A program made the translations under genes and the position numbers. A stretch of 64,000 bases of DNA from Alphaproteobacteria bacterium (GTDB taxonomy: Bacteria > Pseudomonadota > Alphaproteobacteria > MPNO01 > UBA830). Below the pieces are notes generated by a model, which did no database searches, had not been told where the DNA came from, and saw only the letters and a list, made by a program, of their open reading frames with translations. Position 1 is the first letter of the stretch. The number at the start of each line of letters is the position of its first letter. Of the stretch, positions 33,996-44,158 are shown piece after piece. The DNA lies in contig OZ219790.1 in assembly GCA_964291215.2 (NCBI GenBank), positions 1,472,001 through 1,536,000 on the forward strand, given 5' to 3'.

Positions 33996-34072
33996 TGCCG
34001 TGTTCCCGTCTTCGAGTAAGCTTCAAACGCCTGACATCCCCGTCGCGGCCGTCAGGCGGCATTCCGTATGGC

Positions 34073-34146
34073 TGGAGCGGGTGAAGGGAATCGAACCCTC
34101 GTCGTAAGCTTGGAAGGCTTCTGCTCTGCCATTGAGCTACACCCGC
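34073..34146 (-). tRNA. tRNA-Gly(TCC)
   Basis: GCGGGTGTAGCTCAATGG...CTTCCAA...GGTTCGATTCC...CCA. Confidence 0.97.
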
Positions 34147-34249
34147 TCTGCATTGGTGGAGCCGCCGGTTTCCGGCATGCCAATGGCGCCCGCCCGTCCA
34201 CGCGCGCCGTCCGGCTGCATCCTTTTCTTTTCTTCCTGTCCGGGCGGCC

Positions 34250-34334
34250 TGGTGGAGGGAGTTGGATTCGAACCAACGTAGGCATAGCCAACGGGTTTAC
34301 AGCCCGTCCCCTTTAACCACTCGGGCATCCCTCC
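34250..34334 (-). tRNA. tRNA-Tyr(GTA)
   Basis: GGAGGGATGCCCGAGTGG...CTGTAAA, long variable arm, GGTTCGAATCC...CCA. Confidence 0.97.
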
Positions 34335-34362
34335 AGCTCAGCGACCCGCGCCGGAACGTACA

Positions 34363-34391
34363 AGGATAGGAAACCTGCCGCCCGTTGTCAA
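34363..34391 (-). promoter_or_regulatory. Sigma70 promoter of tRNA-Tyr/tRNA-Gly/tuf
   Basis: Minus strand TTGACA-N17-TATCCT about 30 nt upstream of tRNA-Tyr. Confidence 0.75.
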
Positions 34392-34553
34392 CAAGCAAAG
34401 GCAAAGCAACCGCAGGCCCTGCAGCGCGCCCGACCACAGGGTCCACGGGCCGATTTGCCCGTTTCATGAATGCAGTCTAGGCTGATTCGGTCGCCAACGC
34501 AACCCGAAAATCGCCCCATCGTGAATATTGTCGACGACGGCCCGGCCCGCCGC

Positions 34554-35363
34554 ATGCGCAGGCGCCCGCGGCGGCGCAAAAGCGCGCCGTCCGGCGGCCG
34601 CGCCGGCGCCGCGCCCTACTGGCTCTACGGGACCCATCCTGTCGCCGCGGCGCTCGCCAACCCCGGCCGCCGGGTGCGCCGGCTCGCCACCGCCGGGGGC
34701 GCCGCGCCCGGCGGCGCAGCCGCGCGCACCGAAACCGTGACCGCGGCCGAGCTCGCGGCGCTGCTGCCCCCGGGCGCCGTCCATCAGGGCGTCGCCGCGC
34801 TCGTCGATCCGCTGCCGGTGCCGGCGCTCGACGATATCCTGGCGGCGCTTCCCGCCGACGCCGGCACGGTCGTCGTCGCGCTCGACCAGGTCACCGATCC
34901 GCGCAATGTCGGCGCAGTGCTGCGCTCGGCCGCGGCCTTCGCCACCGCCGTCGTGCTCGCCACCGGCCGCCACGCGCCCGAAGAGGGCGGCGCGCTGGCC
35001 AAGGCCGCTTCCGGTGCCCTCGAGACGGTGCCGGTTGTCCGGCCCGCCAATCTAGCGCGCGCGCTGCGGCAGCTGAAGGCTGCCGGGTTCTGGATCGTCG
35101 GGCTCGACATGGCGGCCCCGCTCGCGCTCGGCAGCGCCGAGCTTCCCGGGCGCTGCGCGTTCGTGCTCGGCGCCGAGAGGCGCGGCCTCCGGCAACTCAC
35201 GCGCGAGTGTTGCGATCTTGCGGTGCGCGTCCCGACACCCGGCGCGATGGAGAGCCTCAACGTGTCGGCGACCGCCGCGGTGGCCCTGTATGAATGGGTG
35301 CGCCAGGCGAATATAGTGCCCGCCATCTCCGGCCCCGCCGCCGCGCCGCGGACCGGACCCTGA
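34554..35363 (+). CDS. rlmB: TrmH/SpoU-family RNA 2'-O-methyltransferase (RlmB-like)
   Basis: LYGTHPV, HQGV, LDQVTDPRNVGAVLRSA, GAERRGLR, ESLNVS; start uncertain (34470-34554). Confidence 0.85.
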   Translation: MRRRPRRRKSAPSGGRAGAAPYWLYGTHPVAAALANPGRRVRRLATAGGAAPGGAAARTETVTAAELAALLPPGAVHQGVAALVDPLPVPALDDILAALPADAGTVVVALDQVTDPRNVGAVLRSAAAFATAVVLATGRHAPEEGGALAKAASGALETVPVVRPANLARALRQLKAAGFWIVGLDMAAPLALGSAELPGRCAFVLGAERRGLRQLTRECCDLAVRVPTPGAMESLNVSATAAVALYEWVRQANIVPAISGPAAAPRTGP

Positions 35364-35387
35364 CCGCGATCCGTGAAGGAGACACGC

Positions 35388-37748
35388 TTGACCGCCCACC
35401 CCAAGCTCGCGCCCGCCGCCGCCGCCGGCCCCTTCGGCCAGCCCGTCCGCCGCATCGAGGACCCGGCGCTACTCACCGGGCGCGGCCGGTTCGCCGACGA
35501 CATCCACCTTCCCGGCATGCTGCACGCCGCCTTCGTGCGCAGCCCGTTCGCTCATGCCCGCGTCGGCGCCGTCGACGCGGCCGCCGCGCGGGCGCTGCCG
35601 GGCGTGCATGCCGTCTTCACGATGACAGATCTCGCGCCGCGGCTAACCTCTTCCGTGCTCGCCGTCGGCATGCCGAGCAAGGACTACCGCCAGACCCGCG
35701 ACCGACCGATTCTCGCCGACCGCGAGGTCTGCCATGTCGGAGAACCGGTCGCCGTCGTCGCCGCCAAGGACCGCTATGTCGCCGAGGACGCCGCGGCGCT
35801 GGTGGCGGTGGCGTTCGATCCGCTGCCCGTCTCCGCGGATCTGGAGACGGCGGCCCGGCCCGGCGCGCCGCTTGCCCACGAGGATGCGCCGCACAACATC
35901 GTCGCGGAGTTCGAGACCGGCTACGGCGACGCCGCGGCGGTGATGGCGGGTGCGGCGCACACGGTTTGCGGACGGTTCGCGATCCACAAGGGCCTCGGCA
36001 TGGCGATCGAGGGGCGCGGCGTGGTGGCGCGCCACGATCCGCTCGAGGACCTGCTCACGGTGTGGCTGGGGACGCAGATGCCGCACATGGCGCACCGCAC
36101 GCTGGTGCGGCTTCTCGGGCGGAGCGAGACCGACACCCGCGTAGTCACGCCCGACATCGGCGGCGGGTTCGGGCCCAAGCTGGTGTTTTATCCCGAGGAT
36201 GTCGCGGTGGCAGCTGCGGCGCTGGCTCTTGACGCGCCGGTCAAGTGGATCGAGGACCGCCGCGAGCATTTCACGACATCGACGCAGGAGCGCGACCAGA
36301 TCTGGGACATGGAGCTCGGCGTCGACGGCGACGGCCGCATTCTCGGTGTGCGCGGCGCGATGCTGCACGACCACGGCGCCTATACCGCGCGCGGCGTCAA
36401 TGTCGCCCAGAACGCGGCGAGCATCGTGCCCGGACCCTACGAGGTGCCGGCCTACCATCTCGACGTGAAGCTGGTGCTGACCAACCGGCCGTGTGTGACG
36501 CCGGTGCGCGGCGCCGGCTACCCGCAGGGATGCTTCGTGATGGAGCGGCTGCTCGACCGGGCGGCGGCGGCGCTCGGGCTCGGGCGCGACGAGATCCGCC
36601 GGCGCAACCTGATCCGGCCCGGGGACATGCCCTATGTGCGGCCGCTCGCGACCCGCGCCGACCCGTCGGTGACGATCGACGAGGCGGATTTCCCGAAATG
36701 CCTGGAGACCGCGCTGGAGGCGGCGCGGTGGAAGGAGTTTCCGGCGCGGCAGGCGGCCGCGGCCGCCGAGGGCCAGAAGATCGGAATCGGGTTGGCAGCC
36801 TATCTCAAGGGCTCCGGCCGCGGCCCATTCGAGGCGGCGACCGTGCGGGTCGGTCCATCCGGGCGCGTCAATGTCGTCTCGGGCGTTTCCGCCATCGGCC
36901 AGGGCACGCGCACCATGCTCGCGCAGATCGTCGCCCAGGCCCTCGGCGTCGCGATGTCGGAGGTCGATGTCGTGACCGGCGACACGGCGCGCATCCCCTA
37001 CGGCATGGGCGCGGCGTCAAGCCGCCAAGCAGTGACCGCGGGATCCTCGGCGCGCGCGGCTGCCGTTGAGGTGCGCGAAAAGGCGATCCGCGTAGCCGCG
37101 GACTTGCTCGAGGTCGGAATCGACGATCTCGAGATCGTCGACGGTCGCGTGCACGTGAAGGGCGTGCCCGGGATGGACATCGGTCTCGGAGAGATCGCGA
37201 CGCGGCTGGCCGGGGCGGCGACCGGGTTCGCGCTGCCGGCTGGCGAAGGCCCGGGCCTCGAGTTCACCGCCGCCGAGCCCATCGAGGGGCTGGCGTTCTC
37301 CAACGGTGCGCATGTCGCCGAGGTCGAGGTCGACGCCGGAACCGGCGAAGTGCGGGTGCTGAACTACGTGATCGCGCACGATTGCGGGGTGATGATCAAT
37401 CCGCTCGTGATCGACGGGCAGGTCGCAGGCGGCGCCGCGCACGGGCTGGGCTTTGCGCTGTTCGAGAAGATGATCTGGGACGGCGAGGCCCAGCCGCAGT
37501 CGACCAATCTCGCGGAGTACCTTGTGCCCGGCTCGATGGAGGTTCCCGATATCGCCATCGAGCACATCGTCGTGCCGTCGTCGCAGAATCCGCTCGGCGT
37601 GAAGGGCGTCGGAGAAAGCGGGCTGGTGCCGGTGCCGGCCGCAATAGCATCCGCGATCGAGGATGCCCTGTCCGATGACGGCGTCGGCCTGTCGACAATC
37701 CCGCTCGCGCCTGGCGACCTGCTGGCGCTGATGCAGGATTGCGCCTGA
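35388..37748 (+). CDS. Xanthine dehydrogenase/CoxL-family molybdopterin-binding large subunit
   Basis: RIEDPALLTGRGRFADD, GGGFGPK, VRGAG loop, GQGTRT, DCGVMINP, KGVGE; TTG start after AAGGAG. Confidence 0.92.
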   Translation: MTAHPKLAPAAAAGPFGQPVRRIEDPALLTGRGRFADDIHLPGMLHAAFVRSPFAHARVGAVDAAAARALPGVHAVFTMTDLAPRLTSSVLAVGMPSKDYRQTRDRPILADREVCHVGEPVAVVAAKDRYVAEDAAALVAVAFDPLPVSADLETAARPGAPLAHEDAPHNIVAEFETGYGDAAAVMAGAAHTVCGRFAIHKGLGMAIEGRGVVARHDPLEDLLTVWLGTQMPHMAHRTLVRLLGRSETDTRVVTPDIGGGFGPKLVFYPEDVAVAAAALALDAPVKWIEDRREHFTTSTQERDQIWDMELGVDGDGRILGVRGAMLHDHGAYTARGVNVAQNAASIVPGPYEVPAYHLDVKLVLTNRPCVTPVRGAGYPQGCFVMERLLDRAAAALGLGRDEIRRRNLIRPGDMPYVRPLATRADPSVTIDEADFPKCLETALEAARWKEFPARQAAAAAEGQKIGIGLAAYLKGSGRGPFEAATVRVGPSGRVNVVSGVSAIGQGTRTMLAQIVAQALGVAMSEVDVVTGDTARIPYGMGAASSRQAVTAGSSARAAAVEVREKAIRVAADLLEVGIDDLEIVDGRVHVKGVPGMDIGLGEIATRLAGAATGFALPAGEGPGLEFTAAEPIEGLAFSNGAHVAEVEVDAGTGEVRVLNYVIAHDCGVMINPLVIDGQVAGGAAHGLGFALFEKMIWDGEAQPQSTNLAEYLVPGSMEVPDIAIEHIVVPSSQNPLGVKGVGESGLVPVPAAIASAIEDALSDDGVGLSTIPLAPGDLLALMQDCA

Positions 37749-38007
37749 ACCGGGGCGGCAAGGTTCAGCGCATCGGTTTCTGCGGATTGCTGCATACCTA
37801 ACCGCGATTCCGGCCACATTTGACCACGGTCCCAAGCTGGTCGGATCGACCGCGGCCCCGCTTCTTTCAATGGTACACTGTAGAATCTATGTTGGCGTAG
37901 TCGCGCATAGCCCGGTAGTTTTCAGTGAACAAGATCAGGTATCCTTCCGTCGCGGTAGGAATGCGCATTACTGCGCACCCCCCGCACAGATCCGGACTTG
38001 GACGCTA

Positions 38008-38822
38008 GGTTGTGTACCCAAATGTTGACATTTTGCATGATCTGCCTTATTCCTGTCGAAAGCGATTCACAAGGAAAATGAGGGATTAGCGGCGACCGAC
38101 ACGACATCAGCGACGCGGAATGGGAAGTTCTCCGCTCAGTGCTTCCTGACAAGCACCAGGGCCCGGAGCGGGTGCATGACCGGAGGGTCATGAACGGGAT
38201 ATTCTTCGTGCTTCGCACCGGTACGCCGTGGCGCGACCTGCGCTACGGTTCGTCTGCTTCAACCGCTTCAACCGGTGGAGCAAGACGGCACCTGGGCATG
38301 GAGAAGCTTCAAAGGCTTACGAGCGATGGTGACGGGAGCGACGATGGCCCGCCGGTTCATCTGCGCATGGTCGACTCCTCGTCGGTGCGCGTTCACAAGC
38401 TGGGGTGTCCCGGGACGACGAGCCTTCGCAAATCGGGCCGTGGCGGACGAACGACGAAGGTCCATCTTGGCGAGAACGAGAGGGTGAAGACCGTGTTCCT
38501 GACCCCGGGCCAAGCGGCCGACTGCGCACAGGCGCTTCTCGCCGACCTCGGGCGAGACGGTGGTCGGCGACAAGACACCGACGCCATCTGATCGAGACGG
38601 CAGGAGCAACCGCGATCATGAAATCCAACCGGACATCGCCCCGGCCGCTTGACCGCGAGATCTACAGGATTCGCAACCTGATCGAGCGGTTCTTCGGTAA
38701 GATCAAGGAGTTCCGACGGGTCGCCACCCGTTATGACAAGGAACTTCCTCTCCGCCGTGCAACTGGCTGCCAGCCGATTCTTGCTCCGCAGAATCGTAAA
38801 CCAATTATTTGAGTCCACAGCC
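38008..38822 (+). mobile_element. Degenerate IS5-family (IS427-like) element
   Basis: TIRs GGTTGTGTACCCAAAT / GGCTGTGGACTCAAAT, CTAG at both junctions; fragments GIFFVLRTGTPWRDL, VDSSSVRVH, RNLIERFFGKIKEFRRVATRYDK; frameshifted. Confidence 0.88.
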
Positions 38823-38839
38823 TAGTCCATCCGGCCTCG

Positions 38840-39960
38840 GGTGCTTGACGGCAAACCGCTGGTCCGGCCATGGGTGACGGATGCACGGCCAAAGAAGTTC
38901 GGTCATGCGCTCCAATCGCTTCCAGTTGAAGCGGTGGCGTTGGGAGCGGCGGCGTATCGCCCGCATCCACCGGCGTTTCAGCCTCTGACGGAACGTGTAC
39001 AGCCAGGGACGGCGAAGTAGTTGAGCCAGCCTTGACAGACTCGCCACTTGCCGACCTCCCATATGTCGTAGTGCCATCGTTTGCGAAGCCCCTCCTCGAT
39101 GCGGGTCCTTGCGACCCGTTTTGCGACCGAGCCTGAACCGTCCTGTCCGGGTCCTCGTGCAGAAGTGCCTGAAACCCAGGAAGTCGAACCCGCGCTTCCG
39201 GCAGTTCGCCATGGCGAACCGGCCGAACTCGACAAGACGAGTCTTGTCCGGGTGAGACCAAAGCGGCCTTTCCCGAACATCGCGAAGGTATTGCTCCGCA
39301 TCCCGCTTGTGCTGAAACCCGACCACGATATCGTCCCGGACAATGATCGCTTGACCGTCCGGAACCTTCGGACGCCTTGTGAAACCACAGATCAAGCACG
39401 TAGTGCAGGAATATGTTCGCAGGGACTGACAATCGCGCCCTGCGGCGTCCCGACACCGGTGTCGCTCCATGGACGCCAGCGTTCAGCCACTTGCGGATCA
39501 GCACCCGCCTGTCGCGGTACTCGAGGAACGTAATCAACCAATCCCCGTGTCGAAGTATGCCCGAATGTCCGCATCAACAATCCAGTTGACCTTGCGCCGT
39601 TCGATCCCGAACGCCAGGGCGTCGAGAGCGCCCCTCGGCCCGAACCCGTAGCCAGGGAACTCCACCTCGTAGATCGGTGTCAGGATCACATCCACAACTG
39701 CCTTCCGGACGATCTTGTCCTCCAGTGCAGCAAGCGGTCGTATCCCGGCTTGGACCCACTGGCGACGCCCGGTACGCTCCCCCGCAGGCGCGAGTGCAAG
39801 TCGAGCAGGCGCTCGTCCAGATCTTCGCCGTCACGCCCCCTGCCGCGGCTTCCTTCTTCAGGCCAACCGGAGTGCATCCGGCGTGGTGGAAGAGCGCACA
39901 CTCCTTCGGGTTCCTCTTTGCAGCTCCGGTCCGCCTTCTGTGGCACCCGACTCTGTGTTC
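38840..39960 (-). pseudogene. Group II intron reverse transcriptase/maturase, frameshifted
   Basis: Fragments GTPQGA, ANIFLHYVLDLWF, VR--DDIVVGF (YADD lacking YA), HPDKTRLVEFGRFA, FDFLGFRH, GWLNYFAVP. Confidence 0.88.
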
Positions 39961-42365
39961 GGCGCGTGCTTTGGCGTCCCGAATTCCCCTTGGTTGAGGC
40001 CCTTTCCTCCTCCGCAGAAGCTTCCTTGTTCGCCGCCTTCACAGGGCCCCTTCTTCAAACCGTTCGTCACAGGCTTTCTCCTTCCCTACACGGTCCCGAC
40101 AGGCGGGATAGTTTGAAGATCTCCCAGGGTCCCAACAAAAGGCGTACGGACGGGTTCTTGGACACCGCGGGGCTCATCTCACCATACCGATGTCTGCGAT
40201 GTTGCCTTCGACCACTCTGAAAGCCTCGGCACCCCGAATCATCCCTTTTTCGGTGCTCATTAGCCCCGCTACCGACGCTTCGCCTGCCCCCTCACGGGGA
40301 CCGACGCTCGCGGAGAAACGTGGTTTGGTTACTCCTTCGTTTCAGGGGACTTACACCCCCTACCTTCTGCCAGTTCGCCTGGCGCACCAGAGTTTGTGGG
40401 TGCCCGGCTGGCGCGGGATGAATCCGGCGAGGCGCCCGGTGCTGACGGCGAACTCCGCGATCGCCTGGGCCGCGTTGCCTGCGGTGGTTCGGTATGTGGA
40501 CGGCGAGGACATGGATCTCGTGGACGATCGTGCGCGCCGGCATGCGCTCCGCGCGAGGATGACGGTGCATGCAGTAATGGCAGGCGAGGCACTTCTTCAG
40601 GTCGTCGGCGGCGTTGAGCCCCTTGATCCGCGTTCCGGTCTTGACGGCCGCGAACCACTCTCAGCCAGCGTTTCCAGGCGCGGATCGCGTTCTCCTGCGT
40701 GGGCTCACCTTCGGTGGTCAGGAGCAACCAGCCGGTCCTGTCGGCGGCGTCTTCTCCAGGACGCGCACTGCGAGCATGGTGAGTGGGGCCGTGCCCAGGG
40801 CGGGACAAGGTCGACGACCGCAGCTTGTTGCGCCCCTTGCGCGTCCGGGGGCCGCCATAGGTCGATCGCCTTCTCCGCGACGACATCCAATTCGGCCGCG
40901 AACAGGTCTCTGGCCTTGCCGTCCGCCGTGATGGCCCGCTCGAACGGCTGGCGCGGACCAGGAGCCGCCGGGCGCGGCGGCCTCCGACAGAAGAGACCAC
41001 ATGTCGCCCTTACGGTCGCAGACGGGCGAGTTCGTGGACAGGCCAGCTCGGCGAAGGCGTCCGTCCGCTTTCCTCGCCCGCCGTTGCCTTGTCCTCCGCG
41101 CGGAATCAAGGCTGAATACCCCCGGTGCGCAGCCGCTGAACGCAACGCCGACATGAGCCCCTTGCTTCCGGAGCCGCCGATGTCGACAAGGCCCTGCGTC
41201 GCCTCGCTGCAGTTCAGCATCCCTGAACCGCAACAGACTGGCTGCGGCAACGCATCGCCTCCTGATGCGGCTGTCTTGCATGCCGATCCTCGGGTTCGAC
41301 AGGAACCTGCAAGCCGCTCCGCCTCGCCGGGAAAGATCACCGGCGCACCCGGACGACCGAACCAGACCTCGCCCATCGTGACAAGGCGCTGTGCGCGCTC
41401 CGTCCGTACTCCGCCATCCTCCCTCGACGCGGGCCTGAACCGATCACCCGGCCCGCCCGAGAGACCAGTCCGCCGACAGCGGCTTCACGTACACCCGCAA
41501 CCCCTTGCAGCACGCCGCCGCACGGTAGGCTCCGCACCCACGTAGTTGCACCCACGTAGCTGTACGTCAGGCGAACACCGTAGCGCTCCTCCCGGTCACG
41601 CGACCATGGAACAGCGCCACGGACGCAAGCCCGTGGACGCCGGGAAGAAACCTGTCATTGTTGACAACCCGCCCGATGTTGGCGTCCCGCGCCGCCAGCC
41701 GATGTGGAGGTCCCGCGCCTTGTGATGCCAGGACGCAGCGCCAGGCCGCCGAGGACGCCGTGCAGGGACGAGAGAATCCAGTAGCGGATGCCCGGGACAG
41801 GCCGCGTCGGGATGGTGCGATGCCATCATCGACCGCGCCAGCGACTTGTCCTCGTCGGCAACCGGAACCACGCCAAGATCGCCGAGACGGCACGACAGGT
41901 GTCTGTCGGGATAATCCGGCGACGGGGCCAGGGACTCCGGGGTCACCGAGCCTCCGGCAGACCGAGTGCGGCGGAGAACTTCGGAAGCGCGGCCGAGGCA
42001 TAGTTCTCCCTTCGCGTTCCGCCAGTCCTCACGCTCGCAGAGCTCAGGAAGGTCCGCGTGCAATCCCCGGCGCCAAGCCGTGCCTTCAGCCAGTCAACCG
42101 TCTCGCCACCATGATGTCGCAGGCCGATTCTCATGGAACCGTATATACGGCGTCAGTTGATTCGAGTCAATGGTGATAAGTTGAAAGGCTCCGCTTCTCT
42201 CCCGGTTTTCGGTGGTGTTCCTTCCGTAGTTGCTGGCAGCAGGGGCTGGCCGCCCATCGTCTTTGACGGGTCGGGAGCATGCGGACAGGCGCTGTCGGTT
42301 TCAGCCAAATCAGTGGCACCGCGCGACAGCTGCCGTCCGAGCTGCAGTGGCACCGGCCGAAATTG

Positions 42366-42830
42366 TCACTTTGTCTGTTGGTCTGCTTGTCGTTGTCCGA
42401 GATGAGAGACCTCGATGCCTCCCCATTTGTCGTTCAGATACTCCGCTACCAATCGGCGATGGCAATGATGGGGCTTGTCCTCACTGCACAGCAGGCATCC
42501 ATCCGCAACGACTTCCTCGGGAACGGTGCTTTCGATCCGGCGCTGGCGCATGAGCTCAAGAAAGCGGGCCTCATAGGTCTCCCAGTTACTGCCGCCCTTC
42601 CTATACTCGTCCAGAATTTCCTTCGTGGGCGCAAGCTCAGGCAGGTGAACGTACTCCATTCCGCAGATCTTGGCGAGGAAAAATGCGAGGTCGTCACGCT
42701 TTGCAAAACCTGAAAGTTGCGACATGTTGTTGAGCCGAACGTCCACCACGCGCCGCGCGCCGGACGCACGCAGCAGACCAAAGAACCGGTCCGCCGACTT
42801 CCTAGTAAAGCCGATAGTATAGATCTTCAC
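42366..42830 (-). CDS. DUF488-family protein (short type)
   Basis: IYTIGFTRKSA, VDVRLNN.SQLSGFAKRDDL, LLCSEDKPHHCHRRLVAEYL; GTG start overlaps upstream stop. Confidence 0.88.
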   Translation of the reverse strand: MKIYTIGFTRKSADRFFGLLRASGARRVVDVRLNNMSQLSGFAKRDDLAFFLAKICGMEYVHLPELAPTKEILDEYRKGGSNWETYEARFLELMRQRRIESTVPEEVVADGCLLCSEDKPHHCHRRLVAEYLNDKWGGIEVSHLGQRQADQQTK

Positions 42831-43450
42831 GAAGCTGGCCCAACGGCCTCGACGGCCGGCTTATCGTCCACGTACGCAACTCGTTCAGACTGCTGCGCGA
42901 TGGCTGTGGCGATCCGCTCCGCCCGCGTAGCATAGAGATCCTCGCGATGGAGCCGATGCAAGTCGAGCAGGCGGTCCATGGCCTCGTCGTGCGTTTCCAT
43001 TCGACCGTCCGCGTGAATATGCACGACATTGACGCCCTGCTCGTGCAGAGCCGGAGATACCAGGAGCGTCCGGTGGCAGTCGAGTGGCTCCTTCTCCGCG
43101 CAGATCAGTGCGATTCGGTATTTGACGGCACCGCGAACGACGCGGGCCAGCCCGCTCCTGAACGATTCCGTTGTAGCGATACGGTCGTAGCAGACCTGTC
43201 CATCCTCGTAGCAGGCGGGGTCTTCGGACCGGCCTCCGAGCAAATTCCCGAGATACACGTACCGGATCCCTTCCATGCTCAGGGCTTCCGCAAATGTTTC
43301 ACGGTTGAACTGAGGATTGAATCGGCTATAGGGCTTGGAGCGGACATCGGCTACGGCAGTTACGCCGTGCATCTGCAACAGTACAACAAATGCCTTCAGC
43401 GTATGTGTCGAATGACCAATGGTGAACACGCTGTCGCAGACTGCGTTCAT
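42827..43450 (-). CDS. DUF488-family protein (long type)
   Basis: VFTIGHSTH, ADVRSKPYSRFNPQFNRE, LGGR, LICAEKEPLDCHRTLLV. Confidence 0.9.
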   Translation of the reverse strand: MNAVCDSVFTIGHSTHTLKAFVVLLQMHGVTAVADVRSKPYSRFNPQFNRETFAEALSMEGIRYVYLGNLLGGRSEDPACYEDGQVCYDRIATTESFRSGLARVVRGAVKYRIALICAEKEPLDCHRTLLVSPALHEQGVNVVHIHADGRMETHDEAMDRLLDLHRLHREDLYATRAERIATAIAQQSERVAYVDDKPAVEAVGPAS

Positions 43451-43455
43451 TGGAC

Positions 43456-44142
43456 CTACCTGCGTTGTTCCTCAATGACTGAGGCGATGAGTTTGTAGAC
43501 GGCGCCACTGTAGGGTTCCGCGAGGCTGACGGTGAGAAAGCACTCGCCAACGGAGTAGGTTCCGTCCAGCTTTGCTAGATATTGCCGCTCGTATGTAGGA
43601 TCAGTGATCCACAGGCCGTATTCGATTCCCTCGTGATTGAAGCGCCCTTGGACACGCCGCTTCGTGTTTCCAAATGCTTCAGTAGGTTTAAATACCCAGA
43701 TTTGAAGATTGTCGACATGAACCAGCTTCAGAGAGCCCTCGACCGAATCTGCAATTTCCTCCGGAATCCTGTCGTTTTGCCCATTGTATGTGCTATAGCC
43801 ATCAAGCCATAGAGGACTTGGGGGATCCACGAACTTCGGCAAGTCAGACCACGACATCCTGCCTACCTTCTCCCAGTAGCACTCGGGATCGATCAGCCAG
43901 TTCTCGGCCTGGCAGCCCCGTGGACGCGGCCCCACCATCGGAATGTCGATCACATCAAGGACTCGCGGGTCGCTACCGTCCTCGTATTGACGCTCGTACT
44001 CCGATACCTCCTCATGCTCGCGATCGCTGACCGGTCGGATCCAGGGGCCAGCTTGGCCGTCGTTCCACTCCCGGCCGGCGACACACCGGCCGCGCAGTTT
44101 CCGGGAATTCGCGAGACAGACGATGCGCTTCAGGTTCTGCAT
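43456..44142 (-). CDS. Dual OB-fold domain protein
   Basis: IVCLANSRK..GRCVAG, WIRPVS, ENWL, ITDP, LTVSLAEP...YKLIASVI pattern recalled for the DuOB family that accompanies DUF488. Confidence 0.75.
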   Translation of the reverse strand: MQNLKRIVCLANSRKLRGRCVAGREWNDGQAGPWIRPVSDREHEEVSEYERQYEDGSDPRVLDVIDIPMVGPRPRGCQAENWLIDPECYWEKVGRMSWSDLPKFVDPPSPLWLDGYSTYNGQNDRIPEEIADSVEGSLKLVHVDNLQIWVFKPTEAFGNTKRRVQGRFNHEGIEYGLWITDPTYERQYLAKLDGTYSVGECFLTVSLAEPYSGAVYKLIASVIEEQRR

Positions 44143-44158
44143 CGAGTTCGCCGCCTCT

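Larger units (their letters stand above)
37949..40387 (-). mobile_element. Degenerate group II intron (class E-like) inserted in the IS4 transposase gene
   Basis: 5' GTGCG at 40387; 3' DV/DVI CCGGATGGAC..GTCCAAGTCCGGATCTGTGCGGGGGG-TGCGCAGTAATGCGCA-TTCCTACCGCGAC at 37949; exons join to AAA CTC TGG GAA GGA TAC. Confidence 0.88.
37864..42187 (-). mobile_element. Degenerate IS4-family (IS50/Tn5-like) element with an N-terminal DUF4338-like domain; interrupted by a group II intron
   Basis: Ends CTTTCAA...TTGAAAG; flanks GCCCCGCTT (37855-63) and GCTCCGCTT (42188-96) match 8/9 as a 9-bp TSD; fragments IGW...VVNNDRFL (DUF4338), WLLLTTEG, GRLAGFIP...KLW|EGY. Confidence 0.75.

Noticed and set aside
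38805-40070. RT as a retron, DGR or defence-associated RT linked to the DUF488 cassette
   Set aside because: It lies within clear group II intron boundaries (GTGCG...DV/DVI), inside an IS4 element, and is a pseudogene.
40210-40220. CAGAGT (minus strand) complementary to the 5' exon end ACTCTG as intron EBS1
   Set aside because: A 6-nt match not in the expected EBS1 hairpin position; domain I is too eroded to assign.
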